DNA of 64,000 nt from Eubacteriales bacterium (GCA_045544955.1 JAZPZY010000029.1:24412-88411); one strand, 5' to 3'; counted from the first letter of the stretch, positions 42,861 to 52,990 are shown. The notes: a model not told the origin generated them from the letters alone. Program-made: numbers and translations.

Positions 42861-45380
42861 TCAGTACAGAATTTTTACGGGACCGTACAGTCCGCTTTCC
42901 AGGGAATCGGCGTGGAAAATATTTTCTCTGCCGTGATAAGGGGTCAGCTGCCATTTTTGCCATTTGTCGAAGGAGTCGGTGTGAAGATATTCGTTGGCAC
43001 CCGTGTTGGATACGCGGATTTCCAGAAGATTCTCTTCCTTCAGCAGATCAGTCGGAATGTCAATGCAGTAAGGCTCCATCGTTTTTATCCCAACGGACGT
43101 ACCGTTTACGAATACTTCGCAGGAGCAGCGGACTTTTCCCAAATCCAGACGGATCCGGGATGCCTTTTCGGGCAGGGTAAACCGGGTTTTGTATATGCCG
43201 CTTCCGGAAAACGCCTTTCCCACGTAGCGGCTCCAATCGCCCGGTACTGCCGGCATCTCCGGCTCACTGAGCGTCCGGGTTTCGTATTCCATGGCACCAA
43301 CAACAAACTGATCAATGGGACGGAAGAGGAAGTTTTCGAGAACCAGTTCCCGGCGAAGGATATCCTCTTTTTCCGTTTCTGCCGGCATGTCGCCCTGCCA
43401 CAGGAAAAGAATCCGGCCGACGGGCAGAGTGAAGGTGGAGGATTCCGGTGCAAAAATCCGGCCGTTTTCCGCCTCCAGCACGTAAATGGAGCCGGGGAGG
43501 GAAACGTCAAAGGTGACTTCCGTGGCGGCTTCATTGAAGAGCATATACAGGGTGCCGTTGTCACAGTGACGGACACAGAGACGGAGCAGATCGGTTTCGC
43601 CCGAAACGGTGATGGACGTGGGAGCCAGGGATTCGATGCTGTCCATGACAGCCGCTTTTTCTAATCCGTCCGGTACGGTATCGGCAAGGACGAAGACCTT
43701 GCCGCCGCCGGCCATAAACCGACGGAGCACCGCTTTTACTTTCTCGGGCATGAAGCGACATTCCGGCACGACTACCGTGCGGTAGCACGTTTTGCCCATG
43801 ACAATTTTTCCCGCATCCGTCTGTTTTTCATCCGCAAGCAGGAATACGTCATCATCTGCAACGTCAAAGAGGAGACGGGCGTTTTCCATTTTTTTAGCCG
43901 CCGCTTCAAAGGCCTCTGCCGCCAGTGCGTTATCCTTTCCGGACAGAAGATCGGGCACGGGCATATACAGGGCAGTATCGGCAGCTCGCTCACCCAGCGA
44001 GGCGAGGTAGGACAGACGTTCCGCATATTCGTTGAAAACGGAAAGATCCCGATAGCAAGCGTGTTTTTCGGTGAAATAGGGAAGCTCGCCCATCATCAGA
44101 AAACCGCGGCGCCAGTACGGAACGGCAAAGAGGTTGAACAGATTTATACCGCGGACGGCCTGGTAATTCAGTACGTACCGCATCTGATTGTAATCGAGTC
44201 CCTCCCCGTATACACCGAAGGATTCGGTCATGGCATACCGCTCGCCTGCCTGGGCGGCGGCAGAGGAAGCATACCGGGGGAAGAAGGTGTTCAGTGCCTC
44301 TCTTTTTTCGGCGGGGTTTTCCTTGATCTCGGGGAAGATCTGCCGCCAGATCACGTCAACGCCCGGGATGTCAAAGCAGCGGAGTGCACGGAGAAGGTTG
44401 AAATTACCCGAATCGGTGCACGCCCGATAGGCGGTGTGGTCCAGATCCATGTGCCCGGTGAAGGCCATGCCGTGCCGGTTGGCCCAGTTCTTGTTACGGA
44501 GCATGAAATTCTCACAGAACAGCCGGCTGCACAGATCAAACCAGGCGATCCTTGCAAGACTGCCTTCCCGTGTGGGAACGCGGGTGCCCGCAAGATCCGG
44601 CAGGAATTTTCGTATGCTGTAACCGTTCTCTTTTTCAAAAAGATCTTCGATTTCTTTCCGGAACGGCACCTTACGGGGCGTGGTGGGCTCATCGGTGAAA
44701 ACCGCCAGAATATTCTCTCCCAGCAGATCCTTGAGATAGGGCTTGTAGGCTTCGTGGGTCATCTCGATAAACTTGTCCGTGGCCTCTGCCAGCGTGGCGT
44801 CCGGCAATTCGGGGATCGCTTCGCCGAAGCGTTCCTTATGGTAACAGTATTCGGTGATTTCGCAGTCGGCGGCGAAAACGTGTCCGCTTTCGATGGGTGT
44901 GTCTCCGTCAAGAAGGGCAAGTGCCACGTCCTTTTGTGCCTCGTACACGTCCCCCTTGGAAAAGGCGGCCTTGCGTGCGGAGAGACTCTGTCGGCCGTAT
45001 TCGGGATATTCGTTCATCACCTTGCCGCAGGCACCGCCGGAGGGCCAGCCGCCCTCGCCGTAAAACCACATATACATACCGCGTTTTTTCATCTCTTCGG
45101 CGGCATAGCGATATTCTTCAAAATAGGGTTTCGTGAGGTAATCCGGCTCCAGCATGGTGGGGATACTCTCCGGGCGGAACGTCTTGGGCTCTGCAATGAT
45201 AGCGATGGCTTTGATGCCCAAACGCTGCATTTCGTCCAGTTGGCTGTCGATCTCCTCCCGGGTGATGGGGCCGTTCCAGATCCAGTTATAGACCGGGGAG
45301 TGAAGGGAAGACGGGGATTTGAAATCTGTTTCGGAAAAAGTGTTTTTCTCGCTGTACAGCTTTTTTACGATGCTTTCCAT
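42861..45380 (-). CDS. Large cytoplasmic glycoside hydrolase, GH106-like (alpha-L-rhamnosidase-type) with a C-terminal galactose-binding-like domain
   Basis: 839 aa with no signal peptide. N-terminal PVYNWIWNG...GIKAIAII... and WFYGEGGWPSGGA recall GH106-type glycosyl hydrolase proteins. The C-terminal GSGIYKTRF...VFVNGTSVG resembles the GH2-type sugar-binding jelly roll. Family assignment is tentative. Confidence 0.5.
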   Translation of the reverse strand: MESIVKKLYSEKNTFSETDFKSPSSLHSPVYNWIWNGPITREEIDSQLDEMQRLGIKAIAIIAEPKTFRPESIPTMLEPDYLTKPYFEEYRYAAEEMKKRGMYMWFYGEGGWPSGGACGKVMNEYPEYGRQSLSARKAAFSKGDVYEAQKDVALALLDGDTPIESGHVFAADCEITEYCYHKERFGEAIPELPDATLAEATDKFIEMTHEAYKPYLKDLLGENILAVFTDEPTTPRKVPFRKEIEDLFEKENGYSIRKFLPDLAGTRVPTREGSLARIAWFDLCSRLFCENFMLRNKNWANRHGMAFTGHMDLDHTAYRACTDSGNFNLLRALRCFDIPGVDVIWRQIFPEIKENPAEKREALNTFFPRYASSAAAQAGERYAMTESFGVYGEGLDYNQMRYVLNYQAVRGINLFNLFAVPYWRRGFLMMGELPYFTEKHACYRDLSVFNEYAERLSYLASLGERAADTALYMPVPDLLSGKDNALAAEAFEAAAKKMENARLLFDVADDDVFLLADEKQTDAGKIVMGKTCYRTVVVPECRFMPEKVKAVLRRFMAGGGKVFVLADTVPDGLEKAAVMDSIESLAPTSITVSGETDLLRLCVRHCDNGTLYMLFNEAATEVTFDVSLPGSIYVLEAENGRIFAPESSTFTLPVGRILFLWQGDMPAETEKEDILRRELVLENFLFRPIDQFVVGAMEYETRTLSEPEMPAVPGDWSRYVGKAFSGSGIYKTRFTLPEKASRIRLDLGKVRCSCEVFVNGTSVGIKTMEPYCIDIPTDLLKEENLLEIRVSNTGANEYLHTDSFDKWQKWQLTPYHGRENIFHADSLESGLYGPVKILY

Positions 45381-45432
45381 AGGTTATGTATCTCCTGGTA
45401 AAGGGGAGTTTGTGTGAATGATTACGGGAAGC

Positions 45433-45460
45433 AAGGGGGAGTCTTTGAAAAGTCCCCCTT
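45433..45460 (-). other. Intercistronic hairpin after SBP copy 2 (no U-tract)
   Basis: AAGGGGGA ... TCCCCCTT with an inner CTTT/AAAG extension. It lies in the 110-bp gap between the SBP and the GH106-like gene. It could be an mRNA stabiliser or partial terminator. Confidence 0.45.
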
Positions 45461-45490
45461 GGGTATTTAGTTCGACGTCAGCAAATCCGG

Positions 45491-46954
45491 TTACTGCGGC
45501 AGTGCCATAATCTGAGCTGCCAGCGATTTCAGGGCGGCATTCGTTCTTTCCGTATGGGTTGCCATCCAGGATGCCAGATCCGAAGCCTGGGTCAGCGTCA
45601 TGGGAATCTCTGTTCCAATGTCACAGTACATATACATATAGCCGAAATCGCAGTACAGGTTGGACAGGGCGATATCCAGCATTTCGCGGGAGGTTGCATC
45701 ATTTACGTATTTGTAGGACAGTGCCACGTCGAAATATGCGGGACGCATGATCTTGTAGGCTCCGGCTGCCAGTGCTTCCAGAATGATGGAGGTGGTTCTG
45801 ACGTTGCCCGTGGTAACAGGGATGCAGGAAATAGCAGGCAGCGTTGCCGCACCGTACTCCATATCGTCCGTGAACTTGGGCGTAGGCAGAAGACCGAACT
45901 TGCCGCCGTCTCGCAGAACCTGGCTGCTGGCGTTGCTCAGAAGACTTATCATAAACAGAATACGGTTGTTATTGAATCCGTCGAGCATGATTGCGGTATC
46001 GCGTGCCGGCTGCCCGTAGGTGGCAAAACTTTGATACCAGTTGGCATCAAAAATCTTATGTACGGTGTCAAAGGCACCTATAAGACGGTCATCCATGTCG
46101 GAAACTCTGAGCGTTCCGTCCTCGTTGGTGGTGATAAAGGTGTATCCCGTAGTGTAAACCTGTTGGAACCAGGCATCCTGACGGCCTGCCATGCCGTAGA
46201 TATCACTGTCATCATATATGCCGTCGTTGTTTACGTCGGAACCGACGGATTCGCAGATCTCCATCAGTTTGTCGTAGGTCCACGTGCCGTCGTAGACCAT
46301 CTGGTATATATCACCTACATTGTAATTTTCGGCCATCTCCATGTTGAAGAACAGGATGGAGGAGCGGCTGATGGTATTGAAATCAAACCAGCTGGATACA
46401 CCGTACAGACGGTTACCTACGCGCAGATTATCGATCACGTAGTTGAAATGCCACGGTTTCTCAAAGTCCAAAATCTCGTTGTCAGCCAGGTTGAGAAAAC
46501 AGCCTGCAGGCATAAAGGGGGTCAGATACGTTCCTATGTGATTCACAAGGTCAACCCGGTCACCAGCGAGGATGTTGGACTGCAGTGCGGTAAGACGGGG
46601 ACCGTTTGCCGCATCGCCGGCAGCACCGGTTCTCCAGTCAAGCACAACGTCAAATCGGCTCTCCACCTCGGCGTTTCGTTTATTGGTGGCTTCCGCTACT
46701 ACATCGCCTTCTTTGTCGGGATCGGGATTGAAGATATTCGTGTACTCGTTGTGTCCGCACCAGATAATGATTTCTTCATTGCCAAAGGTTTCCGCGGGAA
46801 GATTATCAGCCAGGGCGGGATCTTCCGTTTCAGCGGGATCGGTGGCTTGTGTGGTTTCTGCGGGATCGGTGGTTTCTGCGGGGGCGGGGTTCTTCGTGCA
46901 GGCGGCAAGTCCTGCCATCATCACGAGAACCATCAGAAGAGACAAGATACGCAT
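45491..46954 (-). CDS. Lipoprotein, ABC-type solute-binding-protein-like (orphan, copy 2)
   Basis: Lipobox GLAAC. 487 aa. Long identical runs with copy 1 (VYDGTWTYDKLMEICESVGSDVN, LRDGGKFGLLPTPKFTDDMEYG, MRPAYFDVALSYKYVNDATSR). Confidence 0.7.
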   Translation of the reverse strand: MRILSLLMVLVMMAGLAACTKNPAPAETTDPAETTQATDPAETEDPALADNLPAETFGNEEIIIWCGHNEYTNIFNPDPDKEGDVVAEATNKRNAEVESRFDVVLDWRTGAAGDAANGPRLTALQSNILAGDRVDLVNHIGTYLTPFMPAGCFLNLADNEILDFEKPWHFNYVIDNLRVGNRLYGVSSWFDFNTISRSSILFFNMEMAENYNVGDIYQMVYDGTWTYDKLMEICESVGSDVNNDGIYDDSDIYGMAGRQDAWFQQVYTTGYTFITTNEDGTLRVSDMDDRLIGAFDTVHKIFDANWYQSFATYGQPARDTAIMLDGFNNNRILFMISLLSNASSQVLRDGGKFGLLPTPKFTDDMEYGAATLPAISCIPVTTGNVRTTSIILEALAAGAYKIMRPAYFDVALSYKYVNDATSREMLDIALSNLYCDFGYMYMYCDIGTEIPMTLTQASDLASWMATHTERTNAALKSLAAQIMALPQ

Positions 46955-47017
46955 GGTCGAAAATTCCTTTCAGAAATGAATTTGTTTATTCTGTACGCTG
47001 ACAGTATGGGGCTTTTT

Positions 47018-48115
47018 TCATTTCTCGTTCGTCTGATTGTAGGTGGGGAAAAGCTCCCGCCACACGTCCGTATGCGCTTCGCAGTCCAGATAATGGGCGA
47101 ATTTTGCATTCTGCCGGTCGGTTGAGGCTGCCCCGTACGCATCGGCTACGGTGCTCAGGTAGTTTTCTTTCACGCTCTCGCAGAAGGCGTGCCAGCCCGC
47201 TTTCCATGCGCCGGTTCTGAGTTCCTCATTCCGTTCAGCAAACGATGCCAGAATCCGCTCTTTTTCTTCCCCCTTGGCGAGCGCGATGCCGTTTCCCTCC
47301 GGAGATGCCGTGAAGGGAATGAAGTCGATTTCGTTGGTTTTCGTGTCGTATTTTACGGCAAGAGACGTATTCCATACGTCACCGTCCACGGCAAAGGCGG
47401 GACTGATAAAGTGGAAATTTCCCTGTCCGTACAGGATGTGACCGCCTGCAAACTGCTCATAGCAGCCGATGCAGTGGCTGTGCTGGCAGAGCACCACGTC
47501 CGCACCGTTTTTCACCATGGCGCGGCAGGCCTTGTAAAGCCGCGGCGACGGATAGCGGCAGTGCTCCTTGCCGCCGTGATAGATCACGATCACCCGGTCG
47601 TTCTGCTTTTTCGCCTCTGCGATATCTTCCATGGTATCGTATTCGTCATAAGGGCGGGAGCCCATCCGGTCATCGAGGGCGTAGGAATATTCATGCTCGC
47701 ATACGGCGATGATCGCCACCTTTTCGCCGTCCTTTTCAAAGACGATATTCTTTCGCGAATCGGCATAGTTGTCACCGAAACCTGTATAGGAAAGACCTGC
47801 CTTGTCGAGAAGGGCGAAGGTGTCCTTTACCCCTTTTATCCCGAAATCGAAAAAGTGGTTGTTGCTGAGGCCGCAGCAGTTGACGCCGATGCCGGCCAGA
47901 ACCTCTGCTACCTCCGGCGCTGCCTTCAAAGCGGGGCCGAATTTTTCAATTTCCTTTTCGCTTTCCGTCAGAACGCATTCCAGATTGACGAAATTTATAT
48001 CGTTTCCCTGAAAGACGGGCAGTGTATCCATGAAGAGCTTTCCGGTTTCCTTATTATGAAACAACGGATTGGTAACTTGAGTGGGAGAGAGATCCCCCAG
48101 CAGCAAAGCTTTCAT
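47018..48115 (-). CDS. CapA/PGA_cap-family metallophosphatase-like protein (cytoplasmic)
   Basis: 365 aa. Motifs FVNLECVLT, GLSNNHFFDFG, VIYHGGKE and CQHSHC are typical of CapA-family proteins. No signal peptide or TM segment. Has its own TGaTACAAT promoter-like sequence upstream. Confidence 0.7.
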   Translation of the reverse strand: MKALLLGDLSPTQVTNPLFHNKETGKLFMDTLPVFQGNDINFVNLECVLTESEKEIEKFGPALKAAPEVAEVLAGIGVNCCGLSNNHFFDFGIKGVKDTFALLDKAGLSYTGFGDNYADSRKNIVFEKDGEKVAIIAVCEHEYSYALDDRMGSRPYDEYDTMEDIAEAKKQNDRVIVIYHGGKEHCRYPSPRLYKACRAMVKNGADVVLCQHSHCIGCYEQFAGGHILYGQGNFHFISPAFAVDGDVWNTSLAVKYDTKTNEIDFIPFTASPEGNGIALAKGEEKERILASFAERNEELRTGAWKAGWHAFCESVKENYLSTVADAYGAASTDRQNAKFAHYLDCEAHTDVWRELFPTYNQTNEK

Positions 48116-48223
48116 AAACGTTCCTTCTTTCCGCGTTTTTATTTTGTTTGGATAATTGTATCACAAAAAGTCCAAAACAACAATGAACTATATTGAGAGG
48201 AAATATAGATTTTATGAACGATT

Positions 48224-50122
48224 TTAGTCCGTTACGCTGCGGATCACGTGACGCAGCACCGCCGTATGCCGGCTGATCACCGTATCAAATACCGTATGTA
48301 TTTCGGGCTTGTGTTCGAAAACATATTTCCGCTGTTTTTTCACCAGCTTATCTTTGGTTTTGTCATCGTGCAGGGTGCAGGCGGCGATCAGATCGCAGTA
48401 GAGCAGGCACATTTTCGCATGGTGCATAAGGAGGTTCCAGTTCTTGCACCTGTTCTGCTTTTTTTGAATGAACGCGCGGGAGAACGCCCGGATGAGTGCC
48501 TTTGCCTCTTCGCAGTTTTTTAGTATGATCTCTTTGTTTTTGTGTTCTTCAAACTTGTACAGGTCAAGCAGATCACTCAACTTCCGCAGGTAGGATGCAA
48601 CCTCGCCACCCAGCGCGCCGAAATCCGCCGCGTAGTATTCGTCACAGATTTCTTCAAAGTCAGCCTCCTTGTTCCACAGTGTTTTCGCCATGGCGTAGGC
48701 GGCGATGCCGGTGGGGAAGGCTGCCTGATTCACCTGACAGCTGATCATGCCGTTCAGCCCGATTTTTTCGAGATTTGCCATATCCAGGTGGATTATTTTT
48801 GCTATATTATAACATCCGGGATCGGCGTACTGGGCTTCGTACAGATGATAGTCAAAATCAAAACTGTCCCCGCCGAACAGCTCCTGCCAGGGCTTCAGCA
48901 TAGCAAGATTTTCGCCCACCTTTTTGGGGAAGACGAGCTTGTTGCGCACGTAGGGCGGTACCTCAGCCTTTTCCGATTCGTCGTGATCCGTAAACGTCTT
49001 TCCGTACGTTCGGGTCAGCGGCGCGAACATCATGATAAACCGGTCGGGATTCGTAAAGCGGATATGCTGGGGCGCCCACAACAGATCCACATATACGAGG
49101 AACACGATCTTGACGTCCATATTGTTTTCGGTGAGCTTGCGGTCCAGCTCATTCAGCAGCATGACGTAATAATCGGCGGGGCGCATTTTTGCACATTCTG
49201 TGCATTCGCAGTTGTTGTTTTCTCCGTCGCCAAGCCAGACGTGCATATGGGAAATTTCCGGATGTTTTTTACAGTGCGCCACCACGGCATCGGTGATTTT
49301 CTCCCGTACGACGGGATTGGAAAAGCACAGATTGGAGTTGAGGGGCTGTCCGTTCCAGAATTTCCGCTCCCCGTCCAGCTGTGCGAGATACGGTGCAATG
49401 GAGTCGGGAATCGTGTCTACCTTCTGCCAGTCGGTGCAGTGGATGCCGAAGGGTTCGCATGTCCAGGAGTGTCCCACCGCCTGATAGTGGAGCCCCCGTT
49501 TTACGATCTCCTCCTCCAGCCGTTTCACGATATGATCCACGTCATCATCACTGACCGGCGCGGCGGGGATCACGGAGGTCCCGCCGTAATTATACCAGCG
49601 CTTGAAGAATTCACTGGGAGTCTGAAACTGGATATAGTACGAGTTCATGCCCACCTTGGGCAGCCATTCGATGGTATTGTATACATGCTCATAGCTTACC
49701 TCGCCCTCGATGCAGATACCCCGGTGGCGGTAGGAGGGAGATTCGTTTACCTGTACGGTAATCTTTTCTTTTTCCAGCGTGAGGGAGGGAATCCTCTCGC
49801 CGTCCTTGCCGGGATATACAAAGCGGCAGCCCAGGGCAAACAGCAGACGGTACACCGCCATCAGTACAGAGCGTTCGTTGGAACCGGTGACAATACCGCC
49901 GCCGTTCAGGATGTCTATAAATATGGTGTCGTCGTCTGAGGCGGGGACACTGCCGTCCAGTCCTACCCAGAGAATATCCTTGCGTGCGGGATCTCTTTCA
50001 TCGTAGACCCGGGCATCAATGAATGCGGTTGGATCCATTTGTTTCAGATACTTTGCAAGTTCATCAAAAGCATACTGTATGGTGGGGCTTTTGCCGATAC
50101 GTGCGAGAATCAGGTTCGTCAT
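48224..50122 (-). CDS. DUF4838-like protein (putative glycoside-hydrolase-like TIM barrel)
   Basis: Start at MTNLILARIG (AAAGGTG 6 nt upstream). About 632 aa. RHRGICIEGEVSYEH...WLPKVGMNSYYIQF recalls DUF4838 / GH20-like N-terminal plus TIM architecture. Assignment is from memory. Confidence 0.45.
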   Translation of the reverse strand: MTNLILARIGKSPTIQYAFDELAKYLKQMDPTAFIDARVYDERDPARKDILWVGLDGSVPASDDDTIFIDILNGGGIVTGSNERSVLMAVYRLLFALGCRFVYPGKDGERIPSLTLEKEKITVQVNESPSYRHRGICIEGEVSYEHVYNTIEWLPKVGMNSYYIQFQTPSEFFKRWYNYGGTSVIPAAPVSDDDVDHIVKRLEEEIVKRGLHYQAVGHSWTCEPFGIHCTDWQKVDTIPDSIAPYLAQLDGERKFWNGQPLNSNLCFSNPVVREKITDAVVAHCKKHPEISHMHVWLGDGENNNCECTECAKMRPADYYVMLLNELDRKLTENNMDVKIVFLVYVDLLWAPQHIRFTNPDRFIMMFAPLTRTYGKTFTDHDESEKAEVPPYVRNKLVFPKKVGENLAMLKPWQELFGGDSFDFDYHLYEAQYADPGCYNIAKIIHLDMANLEKIGLNGMISCQVNQAAFPTGIAAYAMAKTLWNKEADFEEICDEYYAADFGALGGEVASYLRKLSDLLDLYKFEEHKNKEIILKNCEEAKALIRAFSRAFIQKKQNRCKNWNLLMHHAKMCLLYCDLIAACTLHDDKTKDKLVKKQRKYVFEHKPEIHTVFDTVISRHTAVLRHVIRSVTD

Positions 50123-50174
50123 GGTAAACACCTTTCTTTTTGGTTTTGTCAGACGCTGACGCGAAAAAATAAAA

Positions 50175-50927
50175 TTATCCCATTTTTCTCATTTCCATGG
50201 GCGTACGGTCAAGGTATCTTCTGAACAGTCGGGAGAAATAGTTGTAGTTGTCAAAGCCAAGGAGCTGCGAAATTTCCGAAAGCGGCATGTCGCTCCCCGT
50301 AACAAATTCCTTTGCCACCAGCATTTTCTGCTCGTTTATATAACTTGTCAGGGTTTTGCCCGTCTCCCGGCGGAAAATGTAAGAAACGTATTCCCGGGAG
50401 AGATTCAGCTGTGCACTGATGCTTTGCAGAGTGAGCTTTTCGGTACATTTTTCATCTACGATTTTGAGTATCGTGTTTACGTACGCATTCTGTGAGCGGA
50501 GGGAGTTTTTCTCAAGAAGTTCCAGCAGAATGTAGTTGAGAAGATTGGCGATTTTTGTCTTTTGGAAAGGATCGGGCGGAATATGGCTGTACGGGAACAC
50601 CTGTATCAGCCGTTTCATATCCGCGGTAAAACTGTCCGGTAGATAGGCGGGAAGGGAGGGATCAAAACCGTCAAAGGCCTCGAAATTAAAACTCACGTAC
50701 CGCACAGGTGCGTCTTCCTGCTTCCGCTCCCGTATCATGCCCGGCTTTATAAAGATCGCATCGTTTTTGTTCAGAACGTACGTAGTGCCGTTTACGCCGT
50801 ACGTGATGCTGCCTTCCAAAACAAAGGTAAGATCGTAATAGGCGATCGGCTTTGGTGTGATCACAAAGCATCCCGGCAGCTTCACGTTGCAGTAGTGCAG
50901 AAGATTCTTTACGATGTATTGTTCCAT
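50175..50927 (-). CDS. AraC-family transcriptional regulator at the head of module 2
   Basis: AAGGAGG RBS. Cupin-like N-terminus and C-terminal HTH (LSREYVSYIFRRETGKTLTSYINEQKM...YNYFSRLFRRYLDRTPMEMR). Confidence 0.85.
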   Translation of the reverse strand: MEQYIVKNLLHYCNVKLPGCFVITPKPIAYYDLTFVLEGSITYGVNGTTYVLNKNDAIFIKPGMIRERKQEDAPVRYVSFNFEAFDGFDPSLPAYLPDSFTADMKRLIQVFPYSHIPPDPFQKTKIANLLNYILLELLEKNSLRSQNAYVNTILKIVDEKCTEKLTLQSISAQLNLSREYVSYIFRRETGKTLTSYINEQKMLVAKEFVTGSDMPLSEISQLLGFDNYNYFSRLFRRYLDRTPMEMRKMG

Positions 50928-51134
50928 TTTTTTGCCTCCTTTTCTGCCGGATCTTAAAATTGTGCAAAAATGCGCCGTGTTGATTAAAATCGTTCATTGC
51001 CGTAGAAAAAAGCTTGTATTATAATGAATAATGTGCCGGTGCATACAACCATTATGCACCAATCAGCGGTAAAAGTCAATATAAATTTGTGCAATTCCAG
51101 ATAGTTTTTTATCGATATGCCAGGAGGGAATCGT

Positions 51135-52634
51135 ATGTTTGAAAAGGTAACGCCGGAGGCGGTGGGCGTCTCCTCCAAAAACGTGGAGAAATACGTGCGG
51201 CTGATGGAGCGGTATCATCTGCCCGTGCACGCCATGTTGATGATCCGTCACGGAAAGGTTTTCTACGAGAACTATTGGGAGCCGTTTCATGCGGGGTATC
51301 TGCACAGAATGTATTCCGTAACCAAAAGCTTCGTGGCGATTGCCATAGGCTTTCTCGTACAGGACGGGCTTGTGGATTTGGATGCTCCCGCCGTTTCTTA
51401 CCTTGATGCGGAAATCACCAAAAATGCGGGCGAGTACGTCAAAAAGCAGACTATCCGCCAAATGCTTATGATGTGTACGGGCGGAACCTGTAAAGTCAGT
51501 CACTTCTTCGCGGAAAAGCCGGCGGACAGACTGAAGCATTACTTTGACCGCTCCGCCCCGGAATATAAAGAGGTGCCGCATCTTCCGGGAACCGTTTTCG
51601 AGTATGACAGTACCGGTTCCTTCGTGCTGGGGGCCATCGTGGAGATTGTCAGCGGAAAAACGCTGCTTGCCTATCTGAGAGAAAAACTTTTCGATAAGAT
51701 CGGCGTTTCCAAGGACGTGTATTGCCTTAAGAGTCCCGGCGGTCATACGTGGGCGGACTCCGCTCTGCTCTGCACCGCTATGGATCTTGCGAAAACCATG
51801 CAGTTTTTGCTGAATGGCGGGGTGTGGAACGGCGAGCAGATTCTGGACGCCGCCTTTGTAAAGGAGGCAACGTCCAACCTGGTTTCTACAGACAGAACGG
51901 GGCACGCATCCCAGGATACGTATGGTTACGGCTATCAGATCTGGAAAACAGCACACGATGGCTTTGCTTTTTCCGGCCTCGGTCAGCAGTATGCGGTAGC
52001 CGTTCCCGAAAAGGATATGGTTTTCGTCATTAACGGCTACAGCCAGGGGAATCCTTCGGCAGAAGAGATTATCCTCGGCCGGTTTTTTGAGGAGATCGAG
52101 GAGCTGGCAGCCGACGGCGCGCTCCCCGAAGATGCGGCGGCGTATGCAAGCCTTATGGAATATTCCAGGTCTTTGAAACTGTACGCGCTGGACGAGAGTG
52201 CGGAAAAAAATATTTCCGCAGAGATAAGCGGAAAAACCTTTGTCATGGATGAAAATCCCATGGGAATTTCAAAAATGAAGTTTACCTTTACGGATGATGT
52301 CTGTACGTTGGATTACACGAACGTACAGGGAGATAAAACCGTATATTTCGGCATGGGAAAGAACGTGTTTGGTAAATTTCCCGAGGAGGGATATTCCGAT
52401 ACGGTCGGCAATACATATGCGCCCGGCAACTATTATGCATGTGCCGCCAGTGCTGCGTGGGATCACGAGAGAAGTCTGAAAATTCTCGTGCAGGTGATAG
52501 ACAAGTACTTTGGACGTTTGTATATGCGTGCCGTCTTTACCGAGGACGGACACCTGGCTGTTATGATGCATAAGGACAGCGAAGGCTTTATGGATGAGTA
52601 CAGCGGTTATGCACAGGGAAAGCTGCAAGGATAA
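51135..52634 (+). CDS. Serine hydrolase, beta-lactamase/transpeptidase-like (class C-related) family
   Basis: Start at MFEKV (GGAGG 7 nt upstream). SxxK active-site motif in MYSVTKSF. About 499 aa with no signal peptide. Confidence 0.75.
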   Translation: MFEKVTPEAVGVSSKNVEKYVRLMERYHLPVHAMLMIRHGKVFYENYWEPFHAGYLHRMYSVTKSFVAIAIGFLVQDGLVDLDAPAVSYLDAEITKNAGEYVKKQTIRQMLMMCTGGTCKVSHFFAEKPADRLKHYFDRSAPEYKEVPHLPGTVFEYDSTGSFVLGAIVEIVSGKTLLAYLREKLFDKIGVSKDVYCLKSPGGHTWADSALLCTAMDLAKTMQFLLNGGVWNGEQILDAAFVKEATSNLVSTDRTGHASQDTYGYGYQIWKTAHDGFAFSGLGQQYAVAVPEKDMVFVINGYSQGNPSAEEIILGRFFEEIEELAADGALPEDAAAYASLMEYSRSLKLYALDESAEKNISAEISGKTFVMDENPMGISKMKFTFTDDVCTLDYTNVQGDKTVYFGMGKNVFGKFPEEGYSDTVGNTYAPGNYYACAASAAWDHERSLKILVQVIDKYFGRLYMRAVFTEDGHLAVMMHKDSEGFMDEYSGYAQGKLQG

Positions 52635-52810
52635 CAGAAAAAATTCTGATTTGTAAGAGCATGGCAGCAGCATCGTACAGCACTGCCAGAAACATCCAAA
52701 TTGTTCTGTAAGAAACCACGTGTTACTGTTTTTATGCAGTTGAATTACCGCATCGCTTTCATCATCACACATTTCAAGTTTTCCATATAAAATACGGGTC
52801 AGAAATGATA

Positions 52811-52843
52811 TGCACGCCAAAAGTGTCTGACTTTTGGCGTGCA
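52811..52843. repeat. Isolated perfect 14-bp-stem hairpin in an AT-rich non-coding stretch
   Basis: TGCACGCCAAAAGT-GTCTG-ACTTTTGGCGTGCA read directly. No adjacent gene end that it obviously terminates. Confidence 0.6.
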
Positions 52844-52990
52844 CATCAAAATGAAGTGAACCCAAAAGTTTAGACAAAATAAAGTATCAAATCATTTGCG
52901 AATGGACTTGGACGGACCGTAGTTCCGCCTGTGATAGAACAGAACCAGATGCTGTTGCGTTTGAGTCTGTAAATTCATAGGGGTAAAGAT

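Noticed and set aside
52269-52877. 202-aa minus-strand ORF spanning the end of the serine-hydrolase gene and the AT-rich spacer.
   Set aside because: Two-thirds of it is antisense to a well-supported gene. The remainder has no RBS, is Cys/Phe/Leu-rich typical of AT-rich non-coding translation, and has no recognisable domain. It could at most be a decayed remnant.
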